From Candidatus Rokuibacteriota bacterium (GTDB lineage Bacteria; Methylomirabilota; Methylomirabilia; Rokubacteriales; DASRDR01): DNA of 20,917 nt. The stretch spans positions 1 to 20,917 of the forward strand of contig JBIOTN010000215.1 in NCBI GenBank assembly GCA_044866005.1. Direction: 5' to 3'. The notes under the pieces are model-generated. The model was not told the DNA's origin, made no database searches, and saw only the letters and a program-made list of their open reading frames with translations. How positions within the stretch are numbered: position 1 is the stretch's first letter; each line of letters begins with the position of its first letter. Positions 16,337 through 20,917 of this stretch are shown here, in pieces. A program made the translations under genes and the position numbers.

Positions 16337-17884
16337 TCATCCGAACGGATCCCACGTCGTGACGCGCTGGGGCGCGATCTTGTAGATGCGGCGGACCTCG
16401 CCCGGGAAGCGCATGGCCGGCGGGTAGCGGTCCCGGCCCAGGTACCGCTGCGCGAGGTGGTCCAGGTGCTCGTCCGCGCCCGCCTCCGTGATCTCGACCA
16501 CGGGCCCGCGCACGGCCAGGTAGCGGTTCGGGTTGTCGGGGTCCGGGATCTCGATCGCGACCTGCCGCCGCTTCGCCATGTTGAGGTCCTTCTGGCGACC
16601 CGCGGCCGAGTTGACCAGGATGAACCGGCCGTCGTAGTCCACCCAGACGGGCGTGACGTGGGGCGTGCCGTCGGGCATCAGCGTCGCCAGGTGGGCGAAG
16701 GTCCGCTTGCGGAACAGGTCGAGGAACTCGGCGGGGATCGGCCCGGCGGACGGCTCGGCGCGCCGCCACGCGTCGTAGCGCGCGACGAAGTCGGGGTCAC
16801 GGCGCTGGAGGCGGTTGTACCCCACGCGGCGGCTCCGCGTCATGAGCCGGTAGGCGAAGGGGACGGGCGGAAGGTCCAGGTGCTCGTGCACCTGCTCGAG
16901 CCAGACGAGGCTCGCGTATGCGGCGTCCTGGAACTCGTCCACGACCGGCTTGCGCGCCTGCTGGAAGGCGGCCAGGGCGGCGCGGACGTCCCGGGTCCCG
17001 GCGAAGCAGCCGGCGAGCGCGATCGCGTCCTCGAGCGCGAGCTTGGTGCCGGAGCCGATCGAGAAGTGGGCCGTGTGGAGCGCGTCGCCGAGCAGCACGA
17101 CGTGCTCGTGGCTCCAGTGCCGGTTCCTCACGAGGGGGAAGTTGAGCCACTTGACGAAGTTGTTCGAGAGCAGGGCGTGGCCGCCCAGGTCGGCCTTGAA
17201 CACCTGGGCCAGGCCCGCGGCGGTCTCGGCGGCCGACATGCCCGCGAACCCGGCCCGCGCCCAGGTCTCGGGCGGGCACTCCACGATGAAGGTGCTCGTC
17301 GTCTTGTTGAACCGGTAGGCGTGGTAGATGAAGAGTCCGGCCTCGGTCTGGCGAAAGCCCATGGTGAGGCCGTGGAAGAGCTGGTGCGTGCCGAGCCACA
17401 GATACCGGTTCTGGCGGACGTCCACCGAGGGCTGGAAGAAATCGGTGTAGCTCCGCCGGACCAGGCTGTTCGCGCCGTCGGCGCCCACCAGGAGGTCGCA
17501 GTCGGCGACCTCGGCCACGTCCCCGACGTTCTGGTTGAAGCGGAGGTCGATCCCGAGGCCGCGACAGCGCCGGTGGAGGATCTGGAGAAACGCGAGGCGG
17601 GCGACGCCCCAGAAGCGGTTTCCCCGGATGGACACCGTCTCGCCGCGGTGGACCACGTCCACGCTCTCCCAGACCTCGGACGCCTCGGTGATCTGGCGGG
17701 CCGTCTCCGCGTCGTGGTTCTGGAGGAACGCGTAGGTCCGGCCCGAGAAGACGATGCCCCAGCCGAACGTGTCGTCCGGTCCGTCGCGCTCGAGGATCGT
17801 GATGGCGTGGCCGGGGTCCTGCTTCTTCATGAGGATGGCGAAGTAGAGCCCGGCCGGGCCCCCGCCCACGATGGTGATCCTCAC
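16337..17884 (-). CDS. Fusion: aryl-CoA FAD monooxygenase domain (2-aminobenzoyl-CoA/salicylyl-CoA hydroxylase type) plus C-terminal PPOX-class putative F420-binding domain
   Basis: N-terminal GGGPAGLYFAILMKK, DDTFGWGIVFS, GADG.NS.VR, GDA.HTAHFSIGSGTKLALEDA; C-terminal FAHLATLMPDGTPHVTPVWVDYDG, GRQK..N, DPDNP.RYL.VRG, A.RYLG...YP. Confidence 0.88.
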   Translation of the reverse strand: MRITIVGGGPAGLYFAILMKKQDPGHAITILERDGPDDTFGWGIVFSGRTYAFLQNHDAETARQITEASEVWESVDVVHRGETVSIRGNRFWGVARLAFLQILHRRCRGLGIDLRFNQNVGDVAEVADCDLLVGADGANSLVRRSYTDFFQPSVDVRQNRYLWLGTHQLFHGLTMGFRQTEAGLFIYHAYRFNKTTSTFIVECPPETWARAGFAGMSAAETAAGLAQVFKADLGGHALLSNNFVKWLNFPLVRNRHWSHEHVVLLGDALHTAHFSIGSGTKLALEDAIALAGCFAGTRDVRAALAAFQQARKPVVDEFQDAAYASLVWLEQVHEHLDLPPVPFAYRLMTRSRRVGYNRLQRRDPDFVARYDAWRRAEPSAGPIPAEFLDLFRKRTFAHLATLMPDGTPHVTPVWVDYDGRFILVNSAAGRQKDLNMAKRRQVAIEIPDPDNPNRYLAVRGPVVEITEAGADEHLDHLAQRYLGRDRYPPAMRFPGEVRRIYKIAPQRVTTWDPFG

Positions 17885-17950
17885 CGCATCCCCCGTCGCC
17901 CGCTCCCCGGGTTCATGCTAAAAGCCGCCCGGTCTGTCCTCTTCTCTACG

Positions 17951-18042
17951 GGGGGAGGCAGGCCCGATGCCGTCGCTGAACAGCGACGGCCGCGGCTTCG
18001 CCGCGAGGGCCGTCGGAAGGGGGGCGAAGCCCCCCTCCGAGA
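17951..18042. repeat. Branched multi-hairpin REP-like intergenic element
   Basis: GCCGTCGCTG-AA-CAGCGACGGC (17969-17990) and CGCGGC-TTC-GCCGCG (17991-18005), enclosed by GGCCC/GGGCC, then TCGGAAGGGGGGC-GAA-GCCCCCCTCCGA (18013-18040). Confidence 0.65.
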
Positions 18043-18045
18043 AAA

Positions 18046-18822
18046 TCAGGCCTGGACCGCGCCCCCGTCGACCTGCCACGCCTGCGCCGTGACGCCGCGC
18101 GTCTCGTCGGAGGCCAGCAGCACGGCGAGGGCCGCCACCTCCTCCGGCTCGACCAGCCGCTGCTGCGGGGAGAAGCCCTCGAGCGCTCGCACCGCCTCCT
18201 CGTACGTGCGGCCGGTCTTCTGCTGGATCCGTCGTACGCCGTCCCAGGTCAGCTCGGTCGCGACGTAGCCGGGGCAGATCGCGTTGACGGTGATCCCCGC
18301 CGTCGCGACCTCCATCGCCAGGGCCCGGGTGAGGCCGAGGAGCCCGTGCTTCGAGGCGACGTAGGCGGCGATGTAGGGGGCCCCCCGGCGCGCCGCGGTG
18401 GAGGCGATGTTGATGATCCGGCCCCAGCGGGCCGCCAGCATGGCGGGAAGCACGGCGCGGCTCATGTAGAACGCCCCCGTCAGGTTGACCCGGAGGTGAC
18501 GCTCCCAGAGCGCGTCGTCCGTGTCGGCGAGCTTCGCGGAGACCGCGAGGCCGGCATTGTTGACGAGGATCTGGATCGGGCCGAGCGCCTCGCTCGTGGC
18601 TCCGACCGCAGCCTCCACCTGCGCGCGCTCCCCGACGTCGCACGCCACGGCCAGAGCCTTCCGGCCGAGACCGCGGATCTCCGTCGCGACCGCATCGATC
18701 TCGGCGGCCGTCCGCGCCGTCACCCCCACGTGGGCACCCTCCCGGGCGAAGGCGAGCGCGATGGCCCGGCCGATGCCGCGGCCCCCGCCGGTCACCAGCG
18801 CGACGCGATTGTCAAGCCGCAT
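18046..18822 (-). CDS. Short-chain dehydrogenase/reductase (3-hydroxybutyrate/3-hydroxyacyl-CoA dehydrogenase-like)
   Basis: TGGGRGIG, NNAG, NIAS, YVASKHG..GLTR, TVNAICPGY; PQ.RLV.PEEVA. Confidence 0.93.
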   Translation of the reverse strand: MRLDNRVALVTGGGRGIGRAIALAFAREGAHVGVTARTAAEIDAVATEIRGLGRKALAVACDVGERAQVEAAVGATSEALGPIQILVNNAGLAVSAKLADTDDALWERHLRVNLTGAFYMSRAVLPAMLAARWGRIINIASTAARRGAPYIAAYVASKHGLLGLTRALAMEVATAGITVNAICPGYVATELTWDGVRRIQQKTGRTYEEAVRALEGFSPQQRLVEPEEVAALAVLLASDETRGVTAQAWQVDGGAVQA

Positions 18823-18914
18823 GGGCAGATGCGGTGCGGCCCCGTGGCGCCGCCGTCAGGATGGTCGGCACGCGAGCAGGATACACCCGGCGGTCGCGCA
18901 TCGCCGCCTCCTCC

Positions 18915-19364
18915 TCACAGGCGCGGGGCCACGCGCTTGTAGAAGAAGAGCTCACGATAGCCCTGGGGCAGGTTGTCCACGTAGCCCGTGCTGACGAACC
19001 CGAGCGCCCGGTGCAGCTGGATCGCCACCGCGTGGGTCTCCGGCGTGGAGGAGAAGAGGCGAGGTCCGGGACTCTGCTCCTCGACGGCCTGGAAGAGGGC
19101 GCGCGCGACCCCCCGCCGGCGCCAGTCCGGGCGCACGCTCACGAGCGTGACGAGCGTGCAGCCGAACCAGTCCGTGCGGTAGGCGAGGACGCCGACGGGC
19201 CCGCCCTCGGCCCGGGCCACGAGGAGCTGGGCGCGGTCGAACGCCGCCTGGACGAAGGCGCCGCCCCGGCCGCCGCCGAACACCTCCTCGGCGAGGTCGG
19301 CGCACGGCGGCACGTCCTCCGGACGCGCCGGGCGGACGGCGGCGACGGATGGGCTCTGCGGCAC
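18915..19364 (-). CDS. GNAT family N-acetyltransferase
   Basis: VRPARPED; acetyl-CoA-binding motif A V.VRPDWRRRGVARAL; A..LH..LGF. Confidence 0.85.
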   Translation of the reverse strand: MPQSPSVAAVRPARPEDVPPCADLAEEVFGGGRGGAFVQAAFDRAQLLVARAEGGPVGVLAYRTDWFGCTLVTLVSVRPDWRRRGVARALFQAVEEQSPGPRLFSSTPETHAVAIQLHRALGFVSTGYVDNLPQGYRELFFYKRVAPRL

Positions 19365-19414
19365 CCCGCTATCCCTCCGCCTCCAGGATAGGCCATGATG
19401 GGAGGCGCGGTCCC

Positions 19415-20005
19415 ATGGGGCAGACCTACCTTCTCACCGGGCGGCCCGGCGTGGGCAAGACCACCTGCCTCCGGACGGCGCTCGCCGCGCTGGCGGCGCC
19501 GGCGGGCGGCTTCCTGACCGAGGAGATTCGCGAGGGGGGAACCCGCGTCGGCTTCCGGCTCGTCACGCTCGACGGCCGGCGCGCCACGCTGGCCCACGTC
19601 GCGCGGACGGGGCCCCCGCGCGTCGGGAAGTACGGGGTGAACCTCGGGGCGCTCGAGCGGCTCGGCGTGGCCGCCATCCGCGCCGCCATCCGGGCCGGGC
19701 GGCTCGTCGTCGTGGACGAGATCGGGAAGATGGAGATGGCCTCGCCCGCCTTCCGCGAGGCGGTGGAGGAGGCGCTCCAGGGCCCGGCGCCGGTCCTCGG
19801 GACGATCCTCGCCGCGCCGCATCCGTGGGCGGACCGGATCAAGCGCGAGCCGACCGTCCGGCTCTTCGAGGTGACGCTGGCCAACCGCGCGTCGCTCCCG
19901 GACGAGCTGGCCGCGCTGCTCGGAGCCGAGACGTCGGAAGGTCGCCCGCGGCCCGCGGACCGGTCGCGGCGCCGGCCGGCCGCCGCCTCGCCGGCGCCGC
20001 CGTGA
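19415..20005 (+). CDS. Nucleoside-triphosphatase, THEP1/NTPase_1 family
   Basis: GGAGG RBS at 19401; LTGRPGVGKTT, GF.TEEIRE.G.RVGF, RVGKYGV, VDEIGKME. Confidence 0.9.
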   Translation: MGQTYLLTGRPGVGKTTCLRTALAALAAPAGGFLTEEIREGGTRVGFRLVTLDGRRATLAHVARTGPPRVGKYGVNLGALERLGVAAIRAAIRAGRLVVVDEIGKMEMASPAFREAVEEALQGPAPVLGTILAAPHPWADRIKREPTVRLFEVTLANRASLPDELAALLGAETSEGRPRPADRSRRRPAAASPAPP

Positions 20006-20917
20006 AGCTCGGCGTCTTTCTCCCCGTGTCGGGGCGCGCCGCCAGCAGCGTTCTGGCGGACGCGGCCCGCCGGGCCGAGGCCCTCGGCTACGACTCCGTC
20101 TGGACGGCCGACCGCATCGTCACCCCGTGGGAGATCGCCACCCCCTATCCCTACAGCGCCGACCGGCGCTTCATCGTGCCGCCCGACGTCCCGTTCCTCG
20201 AGCCGCTCACCTGCCTCGCCTACCTCGCCGGCCGCACCGACCGGATCACGCTCGGGATGAGCGTGCTGGTCATGCCCTACCGCCACCCGCTCCACTGGGC
20301 CAAGGTCGTGGCGACCATCGACCACCTCTCGAAGGGTCGCCTCATCCTGGGGGTGGGGGTCGGCTGGATGGGCGAGGAGTTCGACGCGCTCGGCGTCCCG
20401 TTCAAGGAGCGCGGGGCGATGGCGGACGAGGCGCTCGAGGTGGTCGAGCGGCTCTGGCGCGAGGAGAGGCCCGCCTTCGACGGCCGCTACTACCGGTTCG
20501 GGCCGGTCGGGTTCGCCCCCAAGCCGCTCCAGGCGCCGCGCGTGCCGATCTGGGTCGGCGGCGAAGGGACGCGGGCCCAGCGGCGCGCCGGCCGCTACGG
20601 CGACGCCTGGTTCCCCTACTTCGTCCGCATCACGCCCGGCGAGCTGGCCGCGCGGTTCGAGACCGTCCGCCGCGCCGCCGCCGAGGCCGATCGGGACCCC
20701 GACACGGTCCAGCTGGCCTGCTGCCTCCCCGTCGAGCTCACGCCCGAGCCCGTGCCGCAGGAGCCCGATCGGCTGTGGGGGACGGCGGCGCAGGTCGGAG
20801 AGGCGCTCCGCGCGTTCCAGCGGGTCGGCGTGGCCCACGTGGCGCTCCAGTTCATGGTCCCGCGCTGGCCCGACCGCCTCGCCGAGATCGAGCGCTTCGC
20901 CGCCGAGGCCTTGCCGG
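20002..20917 (+). CDS. LLM-class putative F420-dependent oxidoreductase (Rv2161c-like), 3'-truncated by the window end
   Basis: Not in the ORF track (no stop in window); GTG 20002 overlaps the NTPase TGA; MKLGVFLP..A..AEALGYDSVWTADRIV.P....PYPY, LGMSVLV.PYRHP, GRLILGVG.GW..EEF, PKP.Q...PIWVGG. Confidence 0.88.
   Translation, partial: MKLGVFLPVSGRAASSVLADAARRAEALGYDSVWTADRIVTPWEIATPYPYSADRRFIVPPDVPFLEPLTCLAYLAGRTDRITLGMSVLVMPYRHPLHWAKVVATIDHLSKGRLILGVGVGWMGEEFDALGVPFKERGAMADEALEVVERLWREERPAFDGRYYRFGPVGFAPKPLQAPRVPIWVGGEGTRAQRRAGRYGDAWFPYFVRITPGELAARFETVRRAAAEADRDPDTVQLACCLPVELTPEPVPQEPDRLWGTAAQVGEALRAFQRVGVAHVALQFMVPRWPDRLAEIERFAAEALP

Noticed and set aside
17881..17916. 11-codon uORF (MNPGSGRRGMR) whose TGA overlaps the monooxygenase GTG
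   Set aside because: Its ATG lies within the candidate -10 hexamer, and it has no RBS or regulatory codon run; likely chance
15467..18268. 933-aa plus-strand ORF
   Set aside because: Antisense shadow of the crotonase and monooxygenase genes
19426..20838. 470-aa minus-strand ORF
   Set aside because: Antisense to the NTPase and LLM genes, both of which have clear motifs
1..20917. CRISPR array, tRNA/rRNA, IS, prophage or defence system
   Set aside because: No spaced direct repeats, cloverleaf with T-loop, transposase, integrase, nuclease or phage motifs seen by eye; the hairpin elements lack tRNA consensus

Overview
Very GC-rich, gene-dense bacterial window with about 21 intact CDS, one 3'-truncated CDS and one gene remnant. 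I saw no rRNA, tRNA, CRISPR array, transposase or prophage gene. The gene mix (Liv-type ABC parts, hydantoinase/oxoprolinase, CaiB CoA-transferase, F420-type enzymes) and the GC-rich hairpin repeats resemble Rokubacteria/Methylomirabilota-type soil bacteria; this is inference only. From left to right: (1) a LivG-type ATPase, a family-5 uracil-DNA glycosylase and a trypsin-like lipoprotein on +; (2) a minus-strand block of crotonase remnant, CoA-transferase, binding protein, hydantoinase A/B, YceI and LivH/LivM; (3) a small CxxC ferritin-like protein, an SDR, an APH-like/P-loop kinase fusion and an orphan membrane protein; (4) an abm-like aryl-CoA oxidation cluster; (5) GNAT, NTPase and an LLM-class F420-type oxidoreductase. 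The most notable item is 16337..17884. It encodes the FAD monooxygenase half of 2-aminobenzoyl-CoA/salicylyl-CoA hydroxylase fused to a PPOX-class (putative F420-binding) split-barrel domain instead of the usual OYE-type reductase. This suggests a possibly F420-linked variant of aerobic aryl-CoA dearomatisation.
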